A stretch of 64,000 bases of DNA from a virus. Numbering within the stretch: position 1 is the stretch's first letter; every line of letters starts with the position of its first letter. Made by a program: the position numbers and the translations under genes. The notes under the pieces were generated by a model, which was given only the letters and a program-made list of their open reading frames with translations, was not told where the DNA came from and did no database searches. Of this stretch, positions 37,868 through 48,408 are shown in pieces. Where the stretch lies: IMG/VR virus record IMGVR_UViG_3300028027_000057, positions 11,089 through 75,088 of that record; one strand, 5' to 3'.

Positions 37868-38353
37868 TTAAATAACTTTAAGTCTTGCTGCGTCTCTTTC
37901 TGCTTTAAATTCGACAGATAGAGCTTCCCCACGTTCCATAGCTCTGATTACAATATAATCCGTAGCAGCTAGATAAGCTAAAGCGGCAACTGACTCGGCT
38001 TCTGCCGCAAGTTGCGCTGTAATATCTTCTATCTCTACAGTATATTGAGCTGGGCTAACTAAAACAGTCTGAGTTTCATACACAGCTGGCGAAATAACGC
38101 CGTCTGGATCGATTTCATACACAGCAGGGTCAACTTCGTCTCCGTATGAGTCGAAAGTAGCTTCAGATACTAAAACTTGAACAGGCCCGCGAACCTCTTC
38201 AGAGATAAGTACTTCCTGTGAAGAGAAGATATCCTTATGACCGAATGTTCCCATGCCTTCGTGGGAAGCAAGCCAAGCTTGAGCCTCCTCCATAGTTGGG
38301 AAAGAGGCTTGGTTAGTTACTTGTGATTCTTTGATGATGCTTATTCGTATCAT
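37868..38353 (-). CDS. tail fibre assembly/chaperone-like protein
   Basis: C-terminal YLAATDYIVIRAMERG...ERDAAR; directly follows the long fibre gene. Confidence 0.6.
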   Translation of the reverse strand: MIRISIIKESQVTNQASFPTMEEAQAWLASHEGMGTFGHKDIFSSQEVLISEEVRGPVQVLVSEATFDSYGDEVDPAVYEIDPDGVISPAVYETQTVLVSPAQYTVEIEDITAQLAAEAESVAALAYLAATDYIVIRAMERGEALSVEFKAERDAARLKVI

Positions 38354-38354
38354 A

Positions 38355-41300
38355 TTAGTTTATCCCTGAAATTTTAGCGATTGAAAAGTAGTTGTGTATT
38401 CCTGAGCTAGCAAATAGAGTAGTTGCTGATCCTCTAGGTTGATAGGTGGCAATTGACACAGTATCGCCTTTATTTAGATAAATAGTATCTGATACAGTTA
38501 CGCCAAAGTTTGTAGTAATTGCTTGAGTTACAGTTCTAGTATTTGTAGTAACATTTCCATTTTTATAAATGTTAAGCTCTACTCCAGAAGTTGCAGCCCA
38601 AGCTACTGATGTATAAAGTACACCAGCGTCCACTTTATAGTATCCAGACACCGGGCAAGTAAATACACCAGTTGCAGAATTTAGAGCATTATGAGTATCA
38701 AATGTTTTAGTTGCATCCCAAGTAACTACAGTAGCTGTATTATTTGGAATACTCTGCCCACTAGTCTGCACAGCTCTAGCAGCAACTCTGTCAATTCCAA
38801 GCCCAGTGAGAGCAGGATTCTTGCTTGCGTTTACTACGAGGTAGCCTGAAGTTTGCGATGTAATATCTTCAAATAAAAAGGCGTGAGATACAGTTGTAGT
38901 TTGTGAAATATTGCCAGCGTCTATATACAAAATACCAGTACTTTCGTTATAAGTGTTATATTTAACACCAATATCATCAGTCGTTCCAGCAACCCAGAAA
39001 TCTAAATTCCCTGCCGTTACTTTTCCTGTACTCTTGTATAAATTCCTGCTAATCCCTTTCAATCCCTTTCCAATCTGTATTGCAATAGCCGCTGGCTGAG
39101 CATCTGTACTAGCAGCGTTATAAGCTCTAGTATAAATCAATATCCCATTTGCATTCATATTAGCTGTAGTTTGAGCAGGTGCTTGCAAAACCGTAGTTTG
39201 TGTACGAGTATTAGTATTAGCTGCGTATCTAAAAGTAATGAAAGTTCCTACTGGAGCATTTGCCAAAGTAGAAAGTGTATACTGAGTATCTGGTGCCCAA
39301 GTTAAAGCAGCCGTGTCTGTGCTGAAGGTTTCGGGAGCTGTGAGGATGGTATCAGAAGCTGCTGTTGCTAGGACTGAAACTACCTGTCTAGAACTGCTTC
39401 CTGCTCCACTTGAGTTAGATACATAAAAAGTAGACCCAGCACTTATAATACCAGCGTATGAACAACTTGCTCCTCCAGTAACTGCTCCATTCTCAAATTG
39501 ACGAGCAACATCTACTCCGTCCAAGAAGATAGTAGCTTGTACTTGAGTTACTCCAACTTGAAGCATTGCACTAATAGTATAGTTACCAGTTTTTAATGCT
39601 GTATATACCCCAGTACTTGAGTTATAAGAAAAGATACCATTAGCAGTATTCCTATTTAAAGCTCCAGTAACTGTTGCACTTGTTCCAACCGTTTGAGTTA
39701 TGTCCATAAAACTATGCTGACTAACTGGCTGAGGCACGTTAACAAAAGGAGTAACATTGACCCCTGTTACGTTAGGCTTGCCTACTTTTGAGATTGTGAA
39801 GCGAGTATCCGAACCTGTATTTCCACTGGGACTAGATACCTTGGCACTTATTACATCCCCTACAGTTAAGTACCCTGACCAACTAGCTGTAGCCTGTTTT
39901 AAAACAACCGATGCCGTATTCAGTTGCTGATTGTCATAGGCTAAATAAGTACTACCATTAAGCATGATTTGAGCTGTTGTTTCCGTAACATTCGCTGAAG
40001 ATTCTTCAGTATAGCTTACGTTATAAATCCCACTCGCCTTAGCAATAAACTGCCCACCAAGCGTAGCACTATCAATGTACTCAATATCCGTTCCAATATT
40101 CTGTATAGTACTGGCAAATCTACGTGTTGTAGTAGCAGATGAACCAAAGCCATTAGCACCAGATAAGCGCACACAGCTATCGCTTTCGCTAAACTGGGGA
40201 AGGGTGTTAGAGACTGACACTTGGATTTCTTGCTCTTGGAATGAGAGATTGAGGATATTGCTTGCATTAGCAGTCGGATTTACAGGAGAACTTAGTGCTA
40301 CACGAATAACATCACCAACATTAACAAACCCTGTCCAAGATGGATTGTATGTGTCATTAGTTCCTGTTGAAAATTCACCGGATAGAATTTCAGATGCAGC
40401 AGGAGTTACATTCAATACTGCTTGATTTTTTGTAATCGACATAAATGCAGTAGACGTAAAATAAAGCGTAGAACTTACAGAAAGCAAGCCTGCCTTTGTC
40501 ATTGTTACATACGTACCATTTGTTGCATTGTTTGTTACAGTGAAGGCATCTCCACGAATCTTAGCTTGCGTGTCAAACTTAATGATAAAGGTATCTGTTG
40601 AACCCCTAGAACTAGCACCTTCAAAGCGTAGCTCAGAAGTTGGGATAGTGATCTTGCTGTTTGTGTTTACGGATACTTGTTTTAGTGAGCCTTCTTTTAC
40701 AATTGTAATTATAGCAGCAGATGATGTATTGTTTAAATTCAATAATCTTATTTTCTGTCCAACATCTAAAAATTCTGAAAAACTAACAACTCCACCTGCT
40801 CCTGTAGAGGGGTATATAGTTGTATAACTTCTTACTACTCCATCTACTTGTAATTGAATAGATGGACTTGCATTTCCTGCCGGAACTGCGTGTGCATGAG
40901 CTGTGTACACTCCAGATTTCTGTATTGTAAATTCTCCAGTAGCTCCATTGTAAGAAATAGCTGATCCTATAAACTTATTGGTAGTAGTAAATAAGAAGTT
41001 AGCAGCAGCTAGAGTAGTACCAGCAGACATGTTAATACTAGTATCAGCTTCCTGCACTAACCCACTCTGGGTTAGGGGAATGGCAACAGAGGAAGAGGCT
41101 GATAGACCAGCACAGGGAACGGATGCGAAGAATGCTCCTGTTTCAGAAGCTAATAATATTACATCTCCATTTTGTTTAATTAATGGATTAATAGCATTTG
41201 TGGAATCATCTAAGCTTATTGATAAATAATTAACAGATGGTTCTATCAGTATTACTGCTTGTTTTTGAGTGTTACCTGTTCCAGCAGAACGTACCCATTT

Positions 41301-43139
41301 TCCAACAGGCTGAATACTTGGAATAATACCAGAACCAGCAGATGTATATCCATTTGGAAGAGAAAATCTGGCTTGTACTGAAGTAGGGGTTCCTGAAGTA
41401 AATTTACCTCTTATTTCTACATTTTCTCCCACCTGTCTCCATTCAAATTCAATAGCACTTGGAGTACCGAATCCTTGAATTGTGGGAGTATACCCCTGCC
41501 AAGCGGTAAGGTTAGGCACTGTAACAGAAGTCTCCAAAAGACTTACATTAGCAAGCTCAATAACAACGTCATCTACATACGACTCAGGAAGACCAGCTTC
41601 TTGAAGTGCAGTAACTGTGTATGATAAACTGGCACAATTTGTTGGAATTACAAAGCTAAACGTCTTGCGATCAGGAAGTGCTGAGAACTTAGCCGTAATA
41701 GTGGCTGAAGCCGTAGCAGCTTGTGAGATTACAATAGTATTTGCAGCTGTATTGATTGAGCTAATTACTGTGGCAGTTGGAATACCAGCACCAGTAATAG
41801 TCATGCCCACTTTAAGCAAGTTAATATCTACGTTAGAGAAGCCAGAAATAGTCGTAGTAGCGTTTGTAACGGCTGTAGCAACTTGGTACTGGCTCGTTGA
41901 GATTGAGCTAGAAGCCATGATTACAGCAGAGTTTGTTTCGTCTGTAACTAGGAGAGTCAAGTTGCCTGAAGTGGCAGAAGAGCGCACTTGAAGCGACATT
42001 GCCATCAAGTCACCACGGTATTTTCTGTCAACAGCAATTACTTGCTTGAATGACTGAGAAGAAGCAGCTTGGTGAATCAGACGAGCAGACTGAGTTCCAT
42101 CAATTGGATTGGAAGTAGTAAGCGCAAGCCCAGTCTGGGTGAAGTTAGCTAAGATAGCTGAGTCAAAAGTCTGAGTTAAGAGCGCGTTTATGTTAGCAAC
42201 GCCGCCGCCTGAACCAACTGACACCAAAACAGCGTCAACAACTTGATACATAGCTTTAGTATCAGTAGCAAATACCATCTGACCATTACCAGCAGGAGGG
42301 GTAAATGATGCAGCATAGGTTACTAAGTTAGCAAGAGTGTCTTGTTTAACGTCAGAACGACTTGGAGTAACAATAGAAGGAGAGTTTAATACTGGAGAAG
42401 TGAGAGTCTTGGATGACAATGTTTGAGAATCAGTCGTTCCTACGATAGCACCAGACACTCCGTGAGCTGATGTAGCCCCTGTGTGTGCTCCTAGAGCAGA
42501 TGTGGTAGCCCGTGTGTCAATATCTGATTGTAGCTCGTTTAAAGCGGCTTGGACTTCAGTAGCAGCTAGGTTGCCTGAAGGGATAGAAGAGATAGCAGAG
42601 GCATCATGTGCATCAATTGTATCTGTAATGTGAGCGCCGAGATCATTATAAGTGTTTTCGATCTCAACTTGGTGTTCAGCAAGCGCGGCTTGAACTTCCG
42701 TTGCAGCTAATCCAGAGATAGCAGATACTGAAATAGCAGAAGCATCGTGAGCATCTACTGTATCGTTAATATGGTCAGACAATCCAGTTGCGGTAGCTTT
42801 AGAATTTAGCTGATCTTGAACGTTTGAAGTTACTGTAGAGATATATTGGAATTCTGTGTTAGAAACAGAGCCATCTGCGAGCTTAGAAGCGTCAATTGCA
42901 GCAGCTGCTTTAATGTCAGCGTTCTCGATATTTGTGATTGTATTAGAATCAGCGTCTATTGTCTTATTTGTAAGGGTGGCGCTGTGAGATTCAGTAACTA
43001 CCGGGGAAACAGATGTACCATTATGGTAACCTAGCTTGCCTGTAGAGTCAATAACCTCTAATTCCCCTTTAGCGTCTGCCGTAGAAGAAGTCTTAGGAAC
43101 GATTTTAAGCCCGAGTAAGAATTTTTTGATACCAAACAT
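38355..43139 (-). CDS. long tail fibre / receptor-binding protein with several C1q/TNF-like beta domains
   Basis: TLTNKT and HDASAIS repeats; repeated TG.FT...SG.Y motifs; C-terminal C1q-like domain. Confidence 0.8.
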   Translation of the reverse strand: MFGIKKFLLGLKIVPKTSSTADAKGELEVIDSTGKLGYHNGTSVSPVVTESHSATLTNKTIDADSNTITNIENADIKAAAAIDASKLADGSVSNTEFQYISTVTSNVQDQLNSKATATGLSDHINDTVDAHDASAISVSAISGLAATEVQAALAEHQVEIENTYNDLGAHITDTIDAHDASAISSIPSGNLAATEVQAALNELQSDIDTRATTSALGAHTGATSAHGVSGAIVGTTDSQTLSSKTLTSPVLNSPSIVTPSRSDVKQDTLANLVTYAASFTPPAGNGQMVFATDTKAMYQVVDAVLVSVGSGGGVANINALLTQTFDSAILANFTQTGLALTTSNPIDGTQSARLIHQAASSQSFKQVIAVDRKYRGDLMAMSLQVRSSATSGNLTLLVTDETNSAVIMASSSISTSQYQVATAVTNATTTISGFSNVDINLLKVGMTITGAGIPTATVISSINTAANTIVISQAATASATITAKFSALPDRKTFSFVIPTNCASLSYTVTALQEAGLPESYVDDVVIELANVSLLETSVTVPNLTAWQGYTPTIQGFGTPSAIEFEWRQVGENVEIRGKFTSGTPTSVQARFSLPNGYTSAGSGIIPSIQPVGKWVRSAGTGNTQKQAVILIEPSVNYLSISLDDSTNAINPLIKQNGDVILLASETGAFFASVPCAGLSASSSVAIPLTQSGLVQEADTSINMSAGTTLAAANFLFTTTNKFIGSAISYNGATGEFTIQKSGVYTAHAHAVPAGNASPSIQLQVDGVVRSYTTIYPSTGAGGVVSFSEFLDVGQKIRLLNLNNTSSAAIITIVKEGSLKQVSVNTNSKITIPTSELRFEGASSRGSTDTFIIKFDTQAKIRGDAFTVTNNATNGTYVTMTKAGLLSVSSTLYFTSTAFMSITKNQAVLNVTPAASEILSGEFSTGTNDTYNPSWTGFVNVGDVIRVALSSPVNPTANASNILNLSFQEQEIQVSVSNTLPQFSESDSCVRLSGANGFGSSATTTRRFASTIQNIGTDIEYIDSATLGGQFIAKASGIYNVSYTEESSANVTETTAQIMLNGSTYLAYDNQQLNTASVVLKQATASWSGYLTVGDVISAKVSSPSGNTGSDTRFTISKVGKPNVTGVNVTPFVNVPQPVSQHSFMDITQTVGTSATVTGALNRNTANGIFSYNSSTGVYTALKTGNYTISAMLQVGVTQVQATIFLDGVDVARQFENGAVTGGASCSYAGIISAGSTFYVSNSSGAGSSSRQVVSVLATAASDTILTAPETFSTDTAALTWAPDTQYTLSTLANAPVGTFITFRYAANTNTRTQTTVLQAPAQTTANMNANGILIYTRAYNAASTDAQPAAIAIQIGKGLKGISRNLYKSTGKVTAGNLDFWVAGTTDDIGVKYNTYNESTGILYIDAGNISQTTTVSHAFLFEDITSQTSGYLVVNASKNPALTGLGIDRVAARAVQTSGQSIPNNTATVVTWDATKTFDTHNALNSATGVFTCPVSGYYKVDAGVLYTSVAWAATSGVELNIYKNGNVTTNTRTVTQAITTNFGVTVSDTIYLNKGDTVSIATYQPRGSATTLFASSGIHNYFSIAKISGIN

Positions 43140-43155
43140 TATTTATTCCTTGTAA

Positions 43156-43656
43156 TTAATCATTTAAAATTGAAATAGCTCTATAAGAAACAATTCCATC
43201 ATGGTTGATTCCAGTTAGTGGACTTGTAGAGAATTGAATCTGGCCTAAGTCAGTGATACTGAAAGTAATTTGCCCTTCGCCTTGAAAAACGCGGACAATT
43301 TCCCATTTCTGAGTAGGAGGGTTAGATGCATTATAATTGATTTCTAATGTCCCAGCTTCTGTCAGTTCCTGACCATCTGAAGGTCCAGAATTGGCAGTTT
43401 TACGATAAACAGTGTAGTAAATAGTAGCGGCTCTAACGTCGGCACTTGGAAAACTTAGGTTATTTAAGTCCACGTTGGTAGCTGAGTTATTTGCGTCGAT
43501 ATCTTGTGCTTGTGGGGGAACATCATAAGTGGCGGAAACCGAGTTTATAGCGTCAGCTAGAGCCTCAATTGACTCGATTATAGCTGGTGCCCAGTTCGGA
43601 CTTGAACCAGATGTAGGGAGGACAATAGTCGTTCCCTTAATTGTGATTTTAGACAT
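43156..43656 (-). CDS. structural protein, fibre-docking candidate
   Basis: AGGAG RBS; paralogous to the C-terminus of 34133. Confidence 0.65.
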   Translation of the reverse strand: MSKITIKGTTIVLPTSGSSPNWAPAIIESIEALADAINSVSATYDVPPQAQDIDANNSATNVDLNNLSFPSADVRAATIYYTVYRKTANSGPSDGQELTEAGTLEINYNASNPPTQKWEIVRVFQGEGQITFSITDLGQIQFSTSPLTGINHDGIVSYRAISILND

Positions 43657-43685
43657 CTATTCTCCTGAGGGATGAATCTGCATAT

Positions 43686-43693
43686 AGTTGTTA
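43686..43693 (-). promoter_or_regulatory. TAACAACT putative late promoter
   Basis: Intergenic, just downstream of the capsid terminator; 30 nt upstream of start 43656. Confidence 0.75.
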
Positions 43694-43702
43694 ATCTCTG
43701 CT

Positions 43703-43736
43703 AAAATAAAAAAGCCCCACCAGAACGGCAGGGCTT
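43703..43736 (-). terminator. intrinsic terminator after the major capsid gene
   Basis: AAGCCCTGCC-GTTCT-GGTGGGGCTT followed by a T-rich tract on the - strand. Confidence 0.85.
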
Positions 43737-43758
43737 CTTATTGTACTACTAGGAGGGA

Positions 43759-45000
43759 TTAAGCGTTATTAACTACACCAGTCAAGAGAACGTTTTTACC
43801 CGGAGCCATACAGAATAGGGCTTGATCGGTATAAAGACGTAACTCATAAGCAGCTGAGTTTTCAAGATCGCGGAAGAACTCGTCTCCGTAACCCGGACGT
43901 TTAAAGCTGATATCAGAAGAACCAACTCTCATGAACTCTTCCATAGAAAGAGCATAAGCGTAGCCTTCTTTGATATAGATAGAAGGGATAATCTCAAGTT
44001 CGCCATTCTGAGAATGGAATTTTAGAGACTTAGCACCGTTCTGAAGCTGAGTTGCAGAGTAAGACTGATCGAACATACGAAGAGCAGCTTGATCTTGAAG
44101 AAGATCAGACCATCCACGAGGGTTAACGAAAACAGTAAGCTTAGAATCCAAGCCTTTTTCTACAGCGCGTGAAGCAGCTTTAGAAAGCTTAGCGAAAGAT
44201 AAAGCACCAGCAACTGAATAACTGTTAGCTTTCCATAGGTTATATGTACCAGCATTGATGTTAAATAGAGTAGCTGTATTTTCTAGAATCTTGTGGATAC
44301 CAGCAAATTCATTACCGAAAGCACCTTTGTGATAGATAATATCGCCAGTAGTAACACCAGCAACTTGAGCTGAAGCTGTTACAGTAACTGTACGAGCGTC
44401 CATATCAACAGAAGCAATTGTAAACTCACCACGACTTACTGTACCAGCAGAGTCACGAACTTCAATTGGCATACCTTCGCCACCAGCCCAAATTCCAGGA
44501 GCCCATTCAGCTGTAGCAATAGTAATTACTTGACCAACAGCAGCTGAAGCAACAGCGCCGTAGCCTTTTTGGCCGTAAAGAAGGTGGATTTCAAGTTTTT
44601 TAGACATTGAACGAAGCATGTTAGCAACAATATACTTTGTAGCATCCATGAAAGCGTTTTTTCCGCCAACAGAACGAGAAGCAGCAGTATAACCAAGAAG
44701 CGAACGCATAACCATAGGGTTACCACGAACTTGAGCATCTTTAATTACACCAGCAACAGGTGGGTTCAAGTTGAAAGCATCATCATCAGAAGAAGCGAAA
44801 GTAACACCGTGCTCCATACCAAGAATTACTGGTTGGTGAAACAGGTTTCCGCCTTGTTTCTCTTTACCAATGAACTTAATCATGTTAACGAGTTTAAGAC
44901 CTTCTGGGATAAGCTCTTGAAGTTTATCTGCATAGACTTCTTTGAAGAAACCATTGAGGTTACCAACGGTATCAGTTGAAAATTTATTTGCACTAGACAT
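43759..45000 (-). CDS. major capsid protein
   Basis: 413 aa; follows scaffold and small genes; LNGFFKEVY N-terminus; strong codon bias; followed by a terminator. Confidence 0.85.
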   Translation of the reverse strand: MSSANKFSTDTVGNLNGFFKEVYADKLQELIPEGLKLVNMIKFIGKEKQGGNLFHQPVILGMEHGVTFASSDDDAFNLNPPVAGVIKDAQVRGNPMVMRSLLGYTAASRSVGGKNAFMDATKYIVANMLRSMSKKLEIHLLYGQKGYGAVASAAVGQVITIATAEWAPGIWAGGEGMPIEVRDSAGTVSRGEFTIASVDMDARTVTVTASAQVAGVTTGDIIYHKGAFGNEFAGIHKILENTATLFNINAGTYNLWKANSYSVAGALSFAKLSKAASRAVEKGLDSKLTVFVNPRGWSDLLQDQAALRMFDQSYSATQLQNGAKSLKFHSQNGELEIIPSIYIKEGYAYALSMEEFMRVGSSDISFKRPGYGDEFFRDLENSAAYELRLYTDQALFCMAPGKNVLLTGVVNNA

Positions 45001-45023
45001 TTGTTATTCCTTTTTTTATTTAA

Positions 45024-45362
45024 TTATTCTTGTACTTTGTACTTAGCGATAACACACAGATCAGTCTGTGATGTACCATCGATTTGTACAGAGATTTTGT
45101 TTGCAACTGCAAGCGAAGGAGCGCCTTCCAAAGGAACGATAGCTCCTGTAGAACGAACCAATACCTGAACAGAATGACACTTTGCAATTGGCTCACCAAT
45201 GTCAAGTGTAATTACTGTATCGGCGATTGTACCGTTAGCAATTGAAACGATTGATGGGGCGTCAGATGTAGCTGCTACTGCATTACACTCAACGACAATT
45301 TCTTGAACAGAAAGCTGCTTACCTAATACAGGAGAGCTTTTTGCTTGATACGAAATAGACAT
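45024..45362 (-). CDS. capsid decoration/cement protein candidate
   Basis: Small beta-rich protein directly upstream of the capsid gene; AAGGA RBS. Confidence 0.55.
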   Translation of the reverse strand: MSISYQAKSSPVLGKQLSVQEIVVECNAVAATSDAPSIVSIANGTIADTVITLDIGEPIAKCHSVQVLVRSTGAIVPLEGAPSLAVANKISVQIDGTSQTDLCVIAKYKVQE

Positions 45363-45509
45363 ATTAATTCCTTTTTTGTTGTTTTTTTATTGACAATCTA
45401 CTATCTTGTCGCTTACCCTGTTTCGGTACTGCTTAATTCTCAGTTGGTTTACTTTGAATTTGAGCCGATCTACATCATTCCAGCTAAATACACATGATTT
45501 ATCAACATC

Positions 45510-45517
45510 AGTTGTTA
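45510..45517 (-). promoter_or_regulatory. TAACAACT putative late promoter for the capsid operon
   Basis: Intergenic; followed by a ~147-nt leader. Confidence 0.7.
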
Positions 45518-45526
45518 AAATACACC

Positions 45527-45883
45527 CTACTCTTTAGTATTTTTATACTTTTCCAACAAATTTCGACCTTTTGCGGCTAATCTAGCTGCATCTTCTGCAT
45601 TTTGAGGCACAGGTTCACCCCATGCTGCAGCAGAAAGAGCTAATCTAGTGGGTTCTCCCTTGTCGTCTTTCATTGGACCAGATGGATTAGTAAAGAATCG
45701 GGTCAAGAATGATCCTTTCCTTCTCATTTTCTCTGGAGTATCAGCAGCTCCGGTAACTCCGGGCTTTAGATTAGAGCCAGTGGCTTTATTATACTTGGAC
45801 CGACCGGAAGCAGTTAAGCCTCCGGCAGGGTCTTTGTCTTTTTTATTCATCACAACTGATTTTAATTTTTTAAACTTGCTCAC
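45527..45883 (-). CDS. basic phage protein (resembles DUF6321-type proteins)
   Basis: KDPAGGLTASGRSKYN...NLKP...RRKGSFLTRF...TRLALSAAAW. Confidence 0.6.
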   Translation of the reverse strand: MSKFKKLKSVVMNKKDKDPAGGLTASGRSKYNKATGSNLKPGVTGAADTPEKMRRKGSFLTRFFTNPSGPMKDDKGEPTRLALSAAAWGEPVPQNAEDAARLAAKGRNLLEKYKNTKE

Positions 45884-46810
45884 TTATACTCCGAAAAAGT
45901 CACGCATTGTTTGTTTTTTGTCAACCTTAGGCTCTTCTTTCTTCTGTTGTGCAGTATCTCTTAGACCAGCTTTAACTGGGATTGGAGGTTTAGCCCCGCC
46001 AGCAATTCTTTTCTTTCTCAACTTGTCAAGAGTTCCCTTACCTACGATCTGTTCGATCACTTCAGCAGGCATTACTTGGAACATATCCTGAATGTCCTTA
46101 TGAATATCGTCACGAACAATACCAATTACGTCAGAAGGTTGAACGTCAATACCGTTTTCCACTGCTAACATCATGTATTCAGTCATTTTCTTAACAACAT
46201 ACGGAGACTTAGGTAGGTCAGACGATTCGATTGCCTGAGAAAGCAATTGGTCATAACGTTCAAACTCACGTTCTTCCAATCTAGTAAGCTCTCTAGCTTC
46301 ATTTTCAGACTTCTCGCGCTCTCTTTCAGCTTTTAACTCTTCGAGTTCACGTTGCATCTCTTCTTTTTCGATCTGTTCTGGAGACTTTTGTGACTGTTCG
46401 ATCTCTTCTTGTAGGATTTCAGCGGCAAAACGTTTAATGTCCATGCCAATAGCTGGATTTTGCAATGCTTTTCTTGGATTTGTACGCAATTCTTGAATAA
46501 AAGCACCCACTTCACGCTCTAACTGGCTATATTCGTTAGCCTTATGATCAGCAAGCATGGCTTTTTGACGTTGTTTAGTCATCCACTCGCGTTGTTTATC
46601 ATCGACTTCAAAATCTAGGTCTTCTTCAATTTCTTTTCCATTGAATTTAAGCTGTAGTTTTTTGTACTTCTTGATTTCAGCCGGGGTGAGGGACTCTTCT
46701 TCCCCTTCTTCTCCGCCTTCTAAATTAGCTGATTCGGCTGGAATATTAGAAATCCCACCGCCTTCTCCGCCTTCACTTGATTCATTCATTAACCTATAAC
46801 GTGTAAACAT
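45884..46810 (-). CDS. capsid scaffolding protein (start probably 46810)
   Basis: AAGGA RBS before MFTRYRLMNE; acidic N-terminus, LKFNGKEIE motif, coiled coil, C-terminal MRDFFGV. Confidence 0.75.
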   Translation of the reverse strand: MFTRYRLMNESSEGGEGGGISNIPAESANLEGGEEGEEESLTPAEIKKYKKLQLKFNGKEIEEDLDFEVDDKQREWMTKQRQKAMLADHKANEYSQLEREVGAFIQELRTNPRKALQNPAIGMDIKRFAAEILQEEIEQSQKSPEQIEKEEMQRELEELKAEREREKSENEARELTRLEEREFERYDQLLSQAIESSDLPKSPYVVKKMTEYMMLAVENGIDVQPSDVIGIVRDDIHKDIQDMFQVMPAEVIEQIVGKGTLDKLRKKRIAGGAKPPIPVKAGLRDTAQQKKEEPKVDKKQTMRDFFGV

Positions 46811-46875
46811 ATATTTCCTTTGTCCCGCTTGTGTAGGGATTAAGTTAACCATCCATTATTGGGTAGGTTTCTATA

Positions 46876-46883
46876 AGTTGTTA
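46876..46883 (-). promoter_or_regulatory. TAACAACT putative late promoter
   Basis: Intergenic, upstream of the scaffold gene. Confidence 0.7.
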
Positions 46884-46890
46884 TTTTTTA

Positions 46891-47076
46891 TTAATCGACT
46901 GGAGACTCAGGGACATCATCAGACCAGCCCCAATGACCGGCTGGTTTCTTCTTTTTCTTTTTAAAATGCTCAACTTGACGTAGGCGTTTTTCAGCTGCTT
47001 CTTTTGTCGTAGCTGTGCCCAAGTTCTTACCTTTTTTAGATAAGACCTTGTATAGTTTCCCAAATTTGCGGACCAT
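46891..47076 (-). CDS. small basic protein
   Basis: Strong AGGAGG RBS; GKNLGTATTKEAAEKRLRQVEHFK motif. Confidence 0.7.
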   Translation of the reverse strand: MVRKFGKLYKVLSKKGKNLGTATTKEAAEKRLRQVEHFKKKKKKPAGHWGWSDDVPESPVD

Positions 47077-47215
47077 ACTTAATTCCTCCTGCTATAACCC
47101 AGCTACTAGCTAGTATAATAGTTATAATTTTCATTCTTTTGTATTTTGTACGCATGGTTAAGAATTTACCCGCGTGATCTTCTTTTTTTTTAGGATTTCT
47201 AAGTCTAATTTTCAC
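47036..47215 (-). CDS. small membrane protein (59 aa, not in ORF track)
   Basis: GTG start; IITIILASSWVIAGGI TM segment; fills the gap. Confidence 0.4.
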   Translation of the reverse strand: MKIRLRNPKKKEDHAGKFLTMRTKYKRMKIITIILASSWVIAGGIKYGPQIWETIQGLI

Positions 47216-47242
47216 TTAATACCTTATGAACATATAAATCGC

Positions 47243-47791
47243 CTATTCGTCCAATTTCGTAATATCAAGGAATTCAACATCCTGTCTCAATCTCACAACA
47301 CTATCGTATATACCCAAGTGATTTACGTATATCTTTTTAGCAAATTTTGAACTCTGTCTTGTACAAGTGGTCTTTATTGCTAGAGTAAGGTCCCCGTCTA
47401 TTGAGATGCTTGGAGGGAAGTCTGAAGCAGTAACAGCACACTTAAAAGAGCCGTCTGGTAGAATTGTGCCTGCTTTTGACACTACGAATGTCTCAGCCCA
47501 GTTAGAGTCAGTGGCAACCGTGTATATGTCAAAGGTGTGATTAGCTGATTGCATAACCTCAGTGTCTTTTTCTACATATGATTTTATATGAATCCCATCA
47601 AAATTGTCTTGTGCAAACTTTGCCCACACTTGTAGCTGGTAATCTTTGGATATACTGGCAATATGTGACTGAGTAAATAGCACTGAATTATAATCACAGT
47701 TTAAAGTAATTACAAGTTTTCTACCCATTCTTAGCTTAAGAGGCTGAGTGTACTTGTTGTTAAGAGTGGACTTAATTCTTCTTGTTGCCAT
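47243..47791 (-). CDS. hypothetical structural protein
   Basis: TAATG-coupled within the fibre cluster. Confidence 0.6.
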   Translation of the reverse strand: MATRRIKSTLNNKYTQPLKLRMGRKLVITLNCDYNSVLFTQSHIASISKDYQLQVWAKFAQDNFDGIHIKSYVEKDTEVMQSANHTFDIYTVATDSNWAETFVVSKAGTILPDGSFKCAVTASDFPPSISIDGDLTLAIKTTCTRQSSKFAKKIYVNHLGIYDSVVRLRQDVEFLDITKLDE

Positions 47792-48408
47792 TATAATATC
47801 TTCTTTAAATAAAATATCGAGCCAATACGAATACTAACCGCTGCCGTTGTCTCAGACCTAATTTGAACAGCAATTGTGCCTTCAGTTGTTAAAGTCACAA
47901 CTCCATTACCATTTACAATAAAGTTTGTATTCGCAGTCTGAGCTGCTGCGGAACTAAAATTTGTAGTAGAGTTTAGCTGGTCATACTGGTAGTTTTTGGC
48001 AGTTCCCTCGGTGGCTTGTGTAACCATCCATTTTCCAAACGTATCACTAAGCGTTGCAGTCTCTGCCCCAACTCGCAAACCTATACCAGCAGCTGCTGAC
48101 GTAGATTGGCATATCGCAAAGCAGTTAAACATGTAAGTTCCAGTGGTCAACGTCCCTGAAGTAAGTTCTGTCACGCTTGAGTATGTTACTGTATTTTTAG
48201 TTTGATTAGCCGTTCCAATTCTATAAGAGTATTCAACTCCAATAGAACCCCAGTCAGTAGTTAACGGTCCTGTTTTTAAAAATAATGAGTCTCCATTAGT
48301 GTTTATAGACAGCGATCCAATAGAAGCATCCACTCCAGAAACAGCAGGAGATGCGTCTACCTCAATGATCTCTATCTCATTAATCGTAATGGAACCCAAA
48401 TTAGCCAT
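47791..48408 (-). CDS. short fibre/spike protein
   Basis: N-terminus paralogous to 48408; beta-rich C-terminal domain. Confidence 0.65.
   Translation of the reverse strand: MANLGSITINEIEIIEVDASPAVSGVDASIGSLSINTNGDSLFLKTGPLTTDWGSIGVEYSYRIGTANQTKNTVTYSSVTELTSGTLTTGTYMFNCFAICQSTSAAAGIGLRVGAETATLSDTFGKWMVTQATEGTAKNYQYDQLNSTTNFSSAAAQTANTNFIVNGNGVVTLTTEGTIAVQIRSETTAAVSIRIGSIFYLKKIL

Noticed and set aside
45390-45418. Plus-strand TTGACA in the late arm as an antisense promoter
   Set aside because: No credible -10 at 16-18 nt; the hexamer is part of a leader hairpin
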